This document shows, piece after piece, positions 1 through 9,322 of a stretch of 64,000 bases of DNA. Source of the DNA: an uncultured Chthonomonadaceae bacterium (GTDB lineage: Bacteria; Armatimonadota; Chthonomonadetes; Chthonomonadales; Chthonomonadaceae); NCBI GenBank assembly GCA_963835065.1, contig CAWIEK010000049.1:192001-256000 (forward strand). The letters are read 5' to 3'. Every line of letters starts with the position of its first letter. The first letter of the stretch is position 1. The notes beneath the pieces were generated by a model, which worked only from the letters and a program-made list of their open reading frames with translations, made no database searches and was not told the origin of the DNA. The position numbers and the translations under genes were made by a program.

Positions 1-740
1 AGGTTTTCCAGCACAATGAGGGGCGTGGTGAATACAAAGCCGAAGGCCAGCATAGTCATACCGGCGATATAAGGGGTGAGGACGAAAATCACGCCGAGAA
101 TAACGCTGACGGCAGTGGGAAGGGTTCCGCCCACAGCCAAAGCGACAACAGAAGCAATGAGGGTAGCGATTGTCAGCGCGACAATCACGACGGCAACGAA
201 GACGCACAGCATCACCAGCCAGCCGAGCAAAACGCGCGGAATGTGCCGAAACGCGCGGCGGTAACAATCCGTCCAAACCGGCGTTTGTCCGCGATAAAGG
301 TCGGACAGGGCAATGGCAACAGGGGCGCTGACGATGGCAAGGGCTATCAGGGAGAAAAGGCCGGGAACGCCATACGCGGGATACCCGGTCATTGCGGCCC
401 CCGTGATGAAACCAAACGCGGCGGTAATATCTTCCGAGTGAGTATCGAGGTACGCATTGAGCGGCTTGAGCCAGGCGTTAAGCAGCAGGTACAAAATGGC
501 TTGCAGGGGCAGCAGCGCGACAGCGACAATGGTAAACAGCGTACGGAAGTGGGCGCGATACAGATCAAAGGCAAGGTCGAACACGCCGCCAATGCCGCGC
601 GGCAGCAGCAGTTCCTCGCGGGCAAGGCGCGGCGAAACCAGCACAGACGGCGCGGCAGGTTGTGCTGAACGTTCCCCGGCAGGAGCCTCAGCAATGCCGG
701 AAGGAATAAACGCGCGGGAAGATGGCAGTTGAATGGACAT
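1..740 (-). CDS. Multi-pass membrane protein (glycerophosphodiester phosphodiesterase membrane-domain-like), 3' end outside the window
   Basis: Read manually from ATG at 740: MSIQLPSSR...LPRGIGGVFDLAFDLYRAHFRTLFTIVAV..., with several hydrophobic helices. The frame stays open to the window edge. Confidence 0.65.
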   Translation of the reverse strand, partial: MSIQLPSSRAFIPSGIAEAPAGERSAQPAAPSVLVSPRLAREELLLPRGIGGVFDLAFDLYRAHFRTLFTIVAVALLPLQAILYLLLNAWLKPLNAYLDTHSEDITAAFGFITGAAMTGYPAYGVPGLFSLIALAIVSAPVAIALSDLYRGQTPVWTDCYRRAFRHIPRVLLGWLVMLCVFVAVVIVALTIATLIASVVALAVGGTLPTAVSVILGVIFVLTPYIAGMTMLAFGFVFTTPLIVLEN

Positions 741-849
741 TCGGAAATTCAGGTATTCGGTGTTGGGGCTTCGGTGTTCAGGTGTTCAGGTGTTCGGTAT
801 TCAGGCTTCCTATATTCCGTCTTCTGTCTTCTGCCTAATGCCTACCCTA

Positions 850-1932
850 TCAGCCGTTCGGGTCAACCGGCGGGAGTTCGGGCGGGACGCTTGGGTCTTT
901 GGGCTGCGGCACAGCGGTTTTATGAATGACGACGTGGACGCGCACGGTATCAATGGGATCGCCATTTTTATCCTGAACTTTCAGCCCATCGGGTACATTC
1001 AGGCCGATGGTAATGTCACGGGATTCGGTTTCGTCCCGCAGTGAGATTTTATGCGTACGCAACGTGAAAAGGTGATTGACGGCATCCCCGCTGCCGGATA
1101 TTTTGATCTGGTTTGGCTCCACATCATAGGTGACGAAGGTATAAGGCGGCTTGGGATAATCGGTGATGTTGGCGCTGACAGTGACGAACTTCGCGGGCGC
1201 GTCGGCGGTAATCGGCACGTAGACATGCACAAAGGAGGGCAGCAGCTTGACGCTTTCAATCACGTTGCCGTCGTGGTCACGCGCAAACACGGGAAACATG
1301 CCTTTGATTTTGCCGTCTTCGTTGATGGTGTAACTGACGCTGACGCGCTCCACCATGTCTGCCTGATCTTCGCGCCCACTGAGCGTAACTTCTGAGGGAT
1401 CAAAAGTAGGCTTGCCATAGCGGTAGCCGGTCGGGGAAGGCTTGAGGTTTATCGTCACGGCTTTAGGGCGGGTCACGTTGGCAATCAAGCGGAATTTGAA
1501 ACTGCTGCCGGTTTGTTCGATGTTCAGCCTTGCCATTTGGTCCGGCGTCAATTTTGGGATCAAGGGCGTGAGTTGGGGCAGCGACTGAACTTTTGTCGGG
1601 TTAGGCGCTTTATTCTGAAGACTTGCGCCTGCACGTACGTCGCCATCCTTGATGCTTTCCACGAGAGGACGTGGGCCGGAAATAGTGAATGTGACGGTGC
1701 GCTGCGTGGTATCCACAACCGCGCCGCCGGGAACCTGCTGAATGATGATTTCGGCGGTTACTTCGCGGCTAATGATGGGATTATGTTCGGCCTGCACGAA
1801 GATGTAAAGACAGACAGCGGCGGCGAGGGAAACAGCCTTTAGCCGCAGGTTTTCCCGCAGTCGCGCTGTCAGCGCGGTCTTTTGACGCCGCAAAGCCTGC
1901 TGCGTATTTACATTGGGGCGGTAGATGCTCAT
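850..1932 (-). CDS. cdaR: CdaR/YbbR family diadenylate cyclase regulator
   Basis: N-terminal TM (LKAVSLAAAVCLYIFV), repeated YbbR-type segments (VTFTISGP, PSEVTLSG, PNQIKISG), directly downstream of cdaA. Start placed at MSIYR because the upstream extension is an intergenic repeat. Confidence 0.85.
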   Translation of the reverse strand: MSIYRPNVNTQQALRRQKTALTARLRENLRLKAVSLAAAVCLYIFVQAEHNPIISREVTAEIIIQQVPGGAVVDTTQRTVTFTISGPRPLVESIKDGDVRAGASLQNKAPNPTKVQSLPQLTPLIPKLTPDQMARLNIEQTGSSFKFRLIANVTRPKAVTINLKPSPTGYRYGKPTFDPSEVTLSGREDQADMVERVSVSYTINEDGKIKGMFPVFARDHDGNVIESVKLLPSFVHVYVPITADAPAKFVTVSANITDYPKPPYTFVTYDVEPNQIKISGSGDAVNHLFTLRTHKISLRDETESRDITIGLNVPDGLKVQDKNGDPIDTVRVHVVIHKTAVPQPKDPSVPPELPPVDPNG

Positions 1933-2035
1933 GGCGGCGAATGTCGGTATTCGGTATTCGGTGTTCAGGTATTTGGGCATTGCGGCATGTATATACCGGT
2001 TCGTGACTAAAATTTAGCTTGCCCGATAGTTGAGT

Positions 2036-2854
2036 TTAATCGTGAACGCGCTTGCGTCCGATGATGCTTTCGGCGGGCTGCAGCAGGCGGTTCAGGCGGT
2101 CTCGCAGCACGTCTTCTTTTAGCCCGCGCCCGATGAACTTGCCGTCTGCGACAAGGGAAATAATTCCGGTTTCTTCCGATACGACCAAGACAACCGCATC
2201 GCTGTTTTCCGACATTCCAAGCGCGGCTTTGTGGCGGGTGTGAACGGCGGCATCCACTTTTGGGCGACTGGTAAGCGGCAGGATGCACTCGGCGGCGGCA
2301 ATGCGGCCATTGCGGACAATGACCGCGCCATCGTGCAGGGCCGTACCCTTGTAAAAAATCGTGTCCAGCAGTTCCACGCTTACAAGCGCGTCCATGCGCG
2401 TCCCGGTTTGAATGATTTCATCAAGCCCGGTTTGTCGCTCGAAAACGATCAAAGCCCCGATATGACTGGCGCTTAACTTGATCGCCGTGCGGACGACGGT
2501 ATCTATCATTTCGCTGACATCTTCGCGGTTGAGCATGCTCAGGCCGCAACTCCAAAAGCGCGGGCCGAATTCTTCCAGCGCGTGACGCAGTTCGGGATAA
2601 AACAAAATGACGATGGCGACCGGGCCGAGCGGAACAACGGATTTGAGCAGCCAGTTCAGCGTATCCAGATGCAGCCGTTCGCTCAAGTACAGCGCGAGTA
2701 CCAGTGTGCCAAGCCCGCCTAAAATTTGCAGCGCTCGAGTCCCGCGCACCAGCAGCAACAGGCGATAAAGCAGGTAGGCGACAACCAGCACGTCCAGAAG
2801 GCCAATCCAGGTACTGCCTCCGCGTAAGGCGGCGTGTGCCTGCTGAATGTTCAT
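2036..2854 (-). CDS. cdaA: Diadenylate cyclase CdaA (DacA)
   Basis: Three N-terminal TMs, ILFYPELRHALE, GALIVFER, catalytic LHDGA and TRHKAA motifs. Confidence 0.95.
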   Translation of the reverse strand: MNIQQAHAALRGGSTWIGLLDVLVVAYLLYRLLLLVRGTRALQILGGLGTLVLALYLSERLHLDTLNWLLKSVVPLGPVAIVILFYPELRHALEEFGPRFWSCGLSMLNREDVSEMIDTVVRTAIKLSASHIGALIVFERQTGLDEIIQTGTRMDALVSVELLDTIFYKGTALHDGAVIVRNGRIAAAECILPLTSRPKVDAAVHTRHKAALGMSENSDAVVLVVSEETGIISLVADGKFIGRGLKEDVLRDRLNRLLQPAESIIGRKRVHD

Positions 2855-2949
2855 AGCGGCGGCTCCTGCAAAATCGGTGTCGTGACTGGTCGGCAGAGGA
2901 ACAAAAAGCGCGGCAGAACGCTTTGAAACTGCCTTCAAATCCTTCCTAC

Positions 2950-2978
2950 AGTATAGCACAGACAGGAGGAAGGTACAA
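2950..2978 (-). promoter_or_regulatory. Sigma70-type promoter for cdaA-cdaR
   Basis: Minus strand reads TTGTAC-N17-TATACT with an extended -10 TG, about 95 bp upstream of the cdaA start. Confidence 0.5.
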
Positions 2979-3105
2979 ATAAAAATTATGCGTTGAAGAA
3001 TCGTCACCCGTAAGAAAACGGTGTACAGAACTTAACGTGAATGATAAAAACAGACGAAGCGAGCAAGTTTTTTTCACTTTTTTTGTGAAAACCCCTGCAA
3101 AGTGG

Positions 3106-3135
3106 TTGACAAACGCGCCGTCAATCCGTTACTAT
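3106..3135 (+). promoter_or_regulatory. Sigma70-type promoter for the NlpC/P60 gene
   Basis: TTGACA-N18-TACTAT. Confidence 0.5.
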
Positions 3136-3402
3136 GCGATTGAAGAGGATGCAGTGTTACAAAATTCACACCTCGCTGGTGAATTTCGCATCCATGCGGC
3201 AAGTTGCACCACCCTTGCCGACGCTTTACTCCCGTACCAAACAAATTTGAAGTCGTTCCTTGCGTTGCCTTGCGATTCCGGCTTCCGGCCCTCCGAACTC
3301 TGCGCATATTCTTTGCTGATTATGCCCGACAGTTCGCCTGTCCGCGCCTGATTCCGCTTGTCTTCAACGCCGCCACAGGAAGGATAATCCGCGTTGCAAA
3401 TC

Positions 3403-4857
3403 ATGCAATCCATTGGACTCCGCTGGACGCGCTTGTGCGTCGCTTCTTCTGCCACTGCCGTGTTCGCCTCACTCGCGCCGAGCGCGTTCGCCACGCAAAA
3501 ACATGCGCTTCAACCCGGCGAAACGCTGGACGCGCTGGCCCGCAGATACCACGTTTCGGTTCCCGACCTCATCCGCGCCAACAACATCGAAAATCAGGAC
3601 AACATTCCCGATGGGCGCGTGTTGACAATCCCCAATCCCCCGCGCAGCCTCCACGTCGAAGCCACACAGCACCGCGCCGCCCGCGTTGCCAAAGACAGCG
3701 TTTCCGTGCGTTTGGGGCCGGGACTGGAATACCGCCGCGCCAATTTCGCGTATGAAGGCGATGCGGTTGTCGTGACGGCGGAACGAGACGGCTGGGTACA
3801 GATCAAGTCGGACAGCGGCGTCAAGGGCTGGATGCTGAAAAGCCTGCTGCATGGCGTTGGGGGCAGCGTGGAAGGACAGCAAACCGCCTCGCGCAATCGG
3901 GAGCCGGAGCCGAAACACTCGCGCAAGCCTGCCCACCACGCGGCGATGATCGCTGCGGAAGAAGACCGGAGTCGAGCGCGTAAAGTGGCGCGGCTGCAAT
4001 CGGGAACCACATCGGCACACCACAAGCGCCACGCGCAGCATCAGGAACCTGTCAAAACACACGAATCGCGCGAGGAGCGGGAAGCGGTTGTTCACAACAC
4101 CAAGACGCGGCACAAGCATGATCTGCAGGTTGCGCGGATAGCGCATGAAACGACCAAAGCGCGTCGGCATCATCACGACACGGGCAGCGAAGTGGCCGTA
4201 AGCAGCCACAAGCGCGGAGTGAAGCGGCAGGTACATGCGGAAGAAACGCATGTCGTCAAAGCGCGGCATCACGCGGCGGTGGAACAAATTGCCAAAGCGC
4301 GGCATCATGCCAACGCGGAGCATCTGGCGCGGGTTCAAAAGAAGCAGCAGGAGCATGAGGCGCAGGTTGCGCGCGTAACGCATCGCAAGCGGCATCATGC
4401 AGAAGAGGGTGGGGCGCAGGTGGCGCATATCCGACGCAGCCATCATTCGGAAGTGGCGCAGGCGGACGCGCCGCAGGCTTCCAGCGACATCGTGCGAACC
4501 GCGTATGCCTATCGCGGTACACCGTATGTATGGGGGGGAGAGCGTCCGGGTGGCTTCGACTGCTCCGGGTTCACCATGCACCTGATGGGTAAAAAAGGCG
4601 TCTCCTTGCCGCACTCGGCGCGGGCGCAGTTCGGCATGGGGCATAAAGTAGACCGTAACGGCATGAAGCCAGGCGATCTGGTGTTCTTCCATACCGTCAC
4701 GCCGGGCATCTCGCATGTGGGCATGTATGTGGGGAACGGCAAGTTTGTTCATGCGTCCAGTCGGCGTTCGGGCGGGGTGCGCGTGGACAGTCTGGAAGGC
4801 GGCTACTACAGCAAGGCGTTCCGGGGCGCGCGGCGGATGCGCAAGAGCGACGATTAG
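3403..4857 (+). CDS. LysM + SH3 + NlpC/P60 peptidoglycan endopeptidase with His/Arg-rich linker
   Basis: Signal peptide, LysM (HALQPGETLDALARRYHVSVPDLIRANNI), SH3b (VRLGPG...GWVQI...GW), C-terminal GTPYVWGG...FDCSG, SHVGMY, FVHAS. Confidence 0.92.
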   Translation: MQSIGLRWTRLCVASSATAVFASLAPSAFATQKHALQPGETLDALARRYHVSVPDLIRANNIENQDNIPDGRVLTIPNPPRSLHVEATQHRAARVAKDSVSVRLGPGLEYRRANFAYEGDAVVVTAERDGWVQIKSDSGVKGWMLKSLLHGVGGSVEGQQTASRNREPEPKHSRKPAHHAAMIAAEEDRSRARKVARLQSGTTSAHHKRHAQHQEPVKTHESREEREAVVHNTKTRHKHDLQVARIAHETTKARRHHHDTGSEVAVSSHKRGVKRQVHAEETHVVKARHHAAVEQIAKARHHANAEHLARVQKKQQEHEAQVARVTHRKRHHAEEGGAQVAHIRRSHHSEVAQADAPQASSDIVRTAYAYRGTPYVWGGERPGGFDCSGFTMHLMGKKGVSLPHSARAQFGMGHKVDRNGMKPGDLVFFHTVTPGISHVGMYVGNGKFVHASSRRSGGVRVDSLEGGYYSKAFRGARRMRKSDD

Positions 4858-4913
4858 CGCTTATCCGAAACCATACAAATAGCCGCGAATGAACGCGAAT
4901 AAACGCGAATTGT

Positions 4914-4970
4914 AAACGCAGGCGAGACCTATTTTGACCGCTGAGGAATAAAATGGGACGCGCCTGCGTT
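4914..4970 (+). terminator. Hairpin or terminator after the NlpC/P60 gene
   Basis: AAACGCAGGCG...CGCCTGCGTTT inverted repeat followed by an AT-rich tail. Confidence 0.45.
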
Positions 4971-5180
4971 TATATTTTATAAGAGAATTCCTCTTGTAGG
5001 ATGCAATTGCCGTGCAACATTTCGTATGCAGAAGTGTCCTACCGGGATAATTGGCGGAATGTACGAAGCACCAACTTAACCACTCTGCAAATGAAGGAAT
5101 CTGGCCTCGTGTCTTTTGATATTTCCGGTTTTGCGCTGCCGTGCCGCAGCACTATCCTGCGGTTTGTGGCAGGCATATTC

Positions 5181-6032
5181 ATGGTTCTGCTGCTGGCGCT
5201 TGGCACTTGTTTCAGCAGGCAGGCAGCCAATGCGCTTTCCACGTTTCCTCCCATTGTTATCGAAGCGTACCATCCAAAAGCGGGCGGCGCGGTGGCGACA
5301 CATGCGCAGTCCTGCCAGTTATGCCATGTGGCGCCGCCCAAACTGAACGTGTTTGGCATGGACGTGAAGGCCGCATTAGAAGCCGCGCATACGAAAACGC
5401 TGACCCCGGCGATTCTGCACTCGCTGGATACCAAAGATTCGGACGGTGACGGCTTCGACAACGGGACGGAGTTTGCGGCGGATACGCTCCCGGGCGACCC
5501 GGCGAGCAAGCCTGCGGGTACACCGCCCGCGCCTAAAGCAACTGCGGCGGCGAGTAAAACAACAGGCGCGACGGCAGCGAGTGAAAACCCGTTTGACCTG
5601 CATACGCTGCTGCTGCCGAAACACGCGCAGCATCCTGTGATTGTGCATTTCCCGATTGCGCTGTTCGTCATCAGCCTGTTTTTCGATTTCATCGCGTTTA
5701 TGCGCCGGGATCGCGCGCTGGCCGCCGCCGGGTATCTGAATCTGACGGTAGCGGCGGCGACCTCGCCCCTGGCGTTGATTACCGGATTACTGGCGTGGCA
5801 GTTCGCGTATGGCGGCATTTCCATCGCTTCGTTTCAGGGTACACTGGCGCAGCATCTGGTACTCGGCGTTGTGTCTACCATTCTAATATGGGTGCTGTTC
5901 GCCATGCGGTTCACCAAGCGGCGCGAAGGCATTGCGGAAGTGAAGCGAACGTATATCGTTTTGGGATTGATCGCGCTGGTGATTATTTCGATAGCGGGGC
6001 ATTTAGGGGGCTACCTGAGCGGCGTGAACTAA
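5181..6032 (+). CDS. c-type heme (CxxCH) domain + Ca-binding DxDxDG motif + DUF2231 membrane domain protein
   Basis: CQLCH, DSDGDGFDNGTE, then HPVIVHFPIAL...QHL...GHLGG with four TMs. Start uncertain. Confidence 0.75.
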   Translation: MVLLLALGTCFSRQAANALSTFPPIVIEAYHPKAGGAVATHAQSCQLCHVAPPKLNVFGMDVKAALEAAHTKTLTPAILHSLDTKDSDGDGFDNGTEFAADTLPGDPASKPAGTPPAPKATAAASKTTGATAASENPFDLHTLLLPKHAQHPVIVHFPIALFVISLFFDFIAFMRRDRALAAAGYLNLTVAAATSPLALITGLLAWQFAYGGISIASFQGTLAQHLVLGVVSTILIWVLFAMRFTKRREGIAEVKRTYIVLGLIALVIISIAGHLGGYLSGVN

Positions 6033-6333
6033 GCTGTTGATAGTTGATAGTTGATAGGGATGCGCGAACTGCGCATTTTCAGCGTCCTGCCGCTTGGACG
6101 TATTTAGCCGCAAATACACGCGAATAGACGCAAATAATTCAACAGCTTTTTGCTGTTCGCGCCCTGAAATCCGCGCAGGATTTTAGAGCGCGTGGTACAA
6201 TACTCTACTATAGAATTTACATGCGGATGTTTATGCTTTGACTGCGCGTGACCGATTGTTAGTGATTGTGGTACTCGCGCTTACGATTTTGTGATTGTCT
6301 GTATTTGTCCGCACTTCAGGGAGAACTTCCACT

Positions 6334-7755
6334 ATGAACCGAAGGGATTTTCTAGTCAATACGACTGCCGCTTCCTTGACCGGCGCGCTGGCGTTGAGCG
6401 CTACGGAAGCGTTTGGCGCGGGAAACGACGCCAAGCCCAAAGCGGCTGCGGCCCCGGCTAAGGACGCGCAGAACAAGGTTGCGGCCAAACCGTCCGCGCT
6501 GCCTGCCGAACCGCCGAAAAGCCCGGTGAACTGCGCGGTTATCGGCCTGGGCGAACAGGGAACCGCCATTCTGGAAACGCTGAACAACATGGGTACGGGC
6601 GCTCCCATTGTGGCGATTTGCGATACGTATAAATCTCCCGTATTCATCCGCAAGGCCAAAGAGCGCTTCCACAACGATAACGTGGCGGTTTACGACGATT
6701 ACAAGCGAGTGCTGGATGACAAGAGCATTCAGGCTGTGTTTATCGCTACGCCCACGCATAAGCACAAGCAGATTGCGCTGGACGCGATTGCGGCGGGCAA
6801 GCACGTTTATCTGGAAACACCGATTGCCGTTGACCTGGACGAAGCCAGAGCGATTACCAAAGCGGGCATGGCGGCGAAAAGCATTTATCAGCCGGGTTTG
6901 CAGATGCGCTCCAACATGCAGTACAAGCACGTATCGCATTTCATCAAGGGCAAGGTGCTGGGCGACCTGACCATGGGCCGCTCACAGTGGCACAATCGGA
7001 CGAGTTGGCGGCGCGTGGCTCCCAATGAAGACCGGCAAAATGCGCTGAACTGGCGCTTATCGCAGGCCACCTCTCATGGATTGATGGGCGAAGTGGGCAT
7101 TCATCAACTGGATGTCGCCAGTTGGTTTCTGGGCGCGGCTTCCGAGGCGAAAGCAGGGGCAGTGGCGAAGCAGGAGCATGACCAATATCTGTTGCCTGTG
7201 GCTATTTCCGGCAATGGCGGTATTTTGGGCTGGAAGGATGGGCGCGACGTTCAGGATACCGTTCAGTGCGTACTGGAGTTTCCCGGCGGCCTGCGCTTCG
7301 TTTATGACGCCACGCTGACCAATGGCTTCGATGGCGTTTACGACACCTTTTACGGCACGTCTTCAGCGGTGCAGTTGCGGGATCAGCGCGCGTGGATGTT
7401 TAAGGAAGCCGACGCGAACCCGCTTGGCTGGGAAACCTTTGCGCGGCGCGACTCGATGAGCTTCGGCAAGCCGGAAGATGGAACCGGAGTGAAAGTGGGC
7501 GAGGGGATCGCGCTTGTGGCCGATGCGACCAAGCAGTTGGCTCGCGGCAAGAAGCCGGGTGAAGTGGGAACGGACGTTACTAAAACGTCGCTGTATCAAT
7601 CCCTTGACGCCTTCCTGGACGCTATTCGTACCAACGGCAAGCCCTGGGTGACGCCGGAAGAGGGTTATCAGGCGACGGTGCTTGCGGCCAAAGCCGACGA
7701 AGCGTGTTTGAAGAACACGCGCCTCGAAATTCAAAAAGAGTGGTTTGTGATCTAG
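6334..7755 (+). CDS. Tat-exported Gfo/Idh/MocA family oxidoreductase
   Basis: MNRRDFL twin-arginine signal, AVIGLGEQG, IATPTHKH, AGKHVYLETP, IHQLD. Confidence 0.9.
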   Translation: MNRRDFLVNTTAASLTGALALSATEAFGAGNDAKPKAAAAPAKDAQNKVAAKPSALPAEPPKSPVNCAVIGLGEQGTAILETLNNMGTGAPIVAICDTYKSPVFIRKAKERFHNDNVAVYDDYKRVLDDKSIQAVFIATPTHKHKQIALDAIAAGKHVYLETPIAVDLDEARAITKAGMAAKSIYQPGLQMRSNMQYKHVSHFIKGKVLGDLTMGRSQWHNRTSWRRVAPNEDRQNALNWRLSQATSHGLMGEVGIHQLDVASWFLGAASEAKAGAVAKQEHDQYLLPVAISGNGGILGWKDGRDVQDTVQCVLEFPGGLRFVYDATLTNGFDGVYDTFYGTSSAVQLRDQRAWMFKEADANPLGWETFARRDSMSFGKPEDGTGVKVGEGIALVADATKQLARGKKPGEVGTDVTKTSLYQSLDAFLDAIRTNGKPWVTPEEGYQATVLAAKADEACLKNTRLEIQKEWFVI

Positions 7756-7763
7756 TCAAACGG

Positions 7764-7810
7764 GCAGCGCGGCGGAAGTTGAAAGGCTTCTGCCGCGCTG
7801 CGCTTGTTTT
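7764..7810 (+). terminator. Intergenic GC-rich hairpin between the two oxidoreductase genes
   Basis: GCAGCGCGGCGGAAG-loop-CTTCTGCCGCGCTGC followed by GCTTGTTTT. Confidence 0.5.
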
Positions 7811-7839
7811 GCATTTAGCGCAAAGGAGCCAGGCACGAC

Positions 7840-9238
7840 ATGAGTGAGCATCAGGATAATAACAAGACGACGCGGCGCGTGTTTCTGCGCAACGCGGCGG
7901 TGGGTACGGCAGGAGTTGTAGCGATGAGCAGCATGCCCACGACGGCAGAAGCTATGCGCCGCGTTTTGGGCGCAAACAACCGCATCAACATCGGGCATAT
8001 CGGCGTGGGCACGCAGGGCTATACCGCGCACGTTCGCCTGCTCAACCAGGGTTCGGCGGACAACAACACGGCGCAAATCGCTGTTTGCGATTTGTACGGA
8101 CGCCGCATCAAGCGGGCGCAGAACGAGCTGAAACTTCAGGACAGCCAGGCGTTTACCAACCACAAGAAGCTGCTGGAAATCAAGGACATTGACGCGGTTG
8201 TGATCGCCACCTCGGACAACTGGCACGCTCCCTGCGCCATTGACGCTTTGAACGCAGGCAAGCACGTGTACGTGGAAAAGCCCCTTTGCCGCACCATTGA
8301 CGAAGTTTTCGCGGTTTACGATACGGTGAAGAAGACGGGCAAGAAATTGCAGGTCGGGGCGCAGCGCGTCACGTCGCCCAAGTACCGGGCGGTTGCCGAA
8401 CTGGTGAAGTCGGGCAAGTACGGGCATATCGTTGTCGGGCAGGCAACCTTTACCCGCAATACGCCCGGCGGGCGAATGGAACAACTACGGCGAGTTCGAT
8501 CTGGACGCGGGACCGACCGCGACGGGCGACGCGCATGTGGATTGGGACACGTTCCGCAAGGGAGCCGAGCCTGCCAAGTGGGACCCGGATCGCTATTTCC
8601 GCTGGCGCAAGTATTACGAGTATGCGTCCGGCTTGATTGGCGACTTGTTCCCGCATCACCTGCACCCCCTGATGGTTGCCATGAACCTTCCGATGGAGGG
8701 GGATAAGGGCTGGCCGCGCCGTGTGTCTTCGGGCGGTGGCTTGTACGTGCAGAAGTATGTGGAAGTGGATCGCTTCCCGGAAGCTGACGCGAAGAAAGAG
8801 AAAGAGTATCTCGCCAAGTACCATCCGGGCCAAACCAGAGTGCTGGATCGGGAGATTCCCGACTTTGTCAACATGAGCGTGGATTTCGACGACTGCTCCC
8901 TGATGATGATGGCGTCGTCTATCAATGAAGAGGGCTGGCCGACGACCATTCGCATGAACAAAGCCAACATCAACTTCGGCAGCAACAAAATCGTGGTGAA
9001 GCCGGAGCGCGTGTACTCGGAAGAAGTGGATGATTACACGGCGGATGTGGTGGGCGAAGACGACAACATTCCGGGCCATCAGAAGAACTGGCTGGAAAGC
9101 ATTCGCAACAACACGCAGCCGTATGGCAACATCGAACTGGCGGCGCGGGCGCAGGTGGCGGTGACGCTGGCGGAACTGTCGCAGCGCAACAGCAAGACCT
9201 ATACGTTCGATCCGAAGACCCGCAAGTTTAGCGGATAG
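7840..9238 (+). CDS. Tat-exported Gfo/Idh/MocA family oxidoreductase (one frameshift near 8470)
   Basis: TRRVFL signal, IGHIGVGTQG, AGKHVYVEKP. Continues in ORF 8432-9238 (EWNNYG...FRWRKYYEY) if one G is removed at GGCGGGCGAATGG. Confidence 0.85.
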
Positions 9239-9240
9239 GA

Positions 9241-9290
9241 CCTCACCCCAACCCCTCTCCTGGCCGCGCTACGCGCTAGGAGAGGGGTTT
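9241..9290. repeat. REP-like palindrome, family A, copy 1
   Basis: CCTCACCCCAACCCCTCTCCT...AGGAGAGGGG. Near-identical copies at 29495 and 34745, and a variant at 49005. Confidence 0.85.
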
Positions 9291-9322
9291 TTTGTTTATT
9301 AAGGTATAACTATAAGGCGGGA

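Noticed and set aside
3136..3402. c-di-AMP (ydaO) riboswitch upstream of the LysM/NlpC gene
   Set aside because: The context fits, but I could not find the conserved ydaO segments by eye. An Infernal search is needed.
3469..4752. Long antisense ORFs (also 14736-15692, 32603-34054, 60162-61109 and others)
   Set aside because: They are shadow frames of well-supported genes in GC-rich DNA and show no protein motifs.
8455..8485. Programmed ribosomal frameshifting at split genes
   Set aside because: No slippery heptamer is shared among the sites; sequencing error is the simpler explanation.
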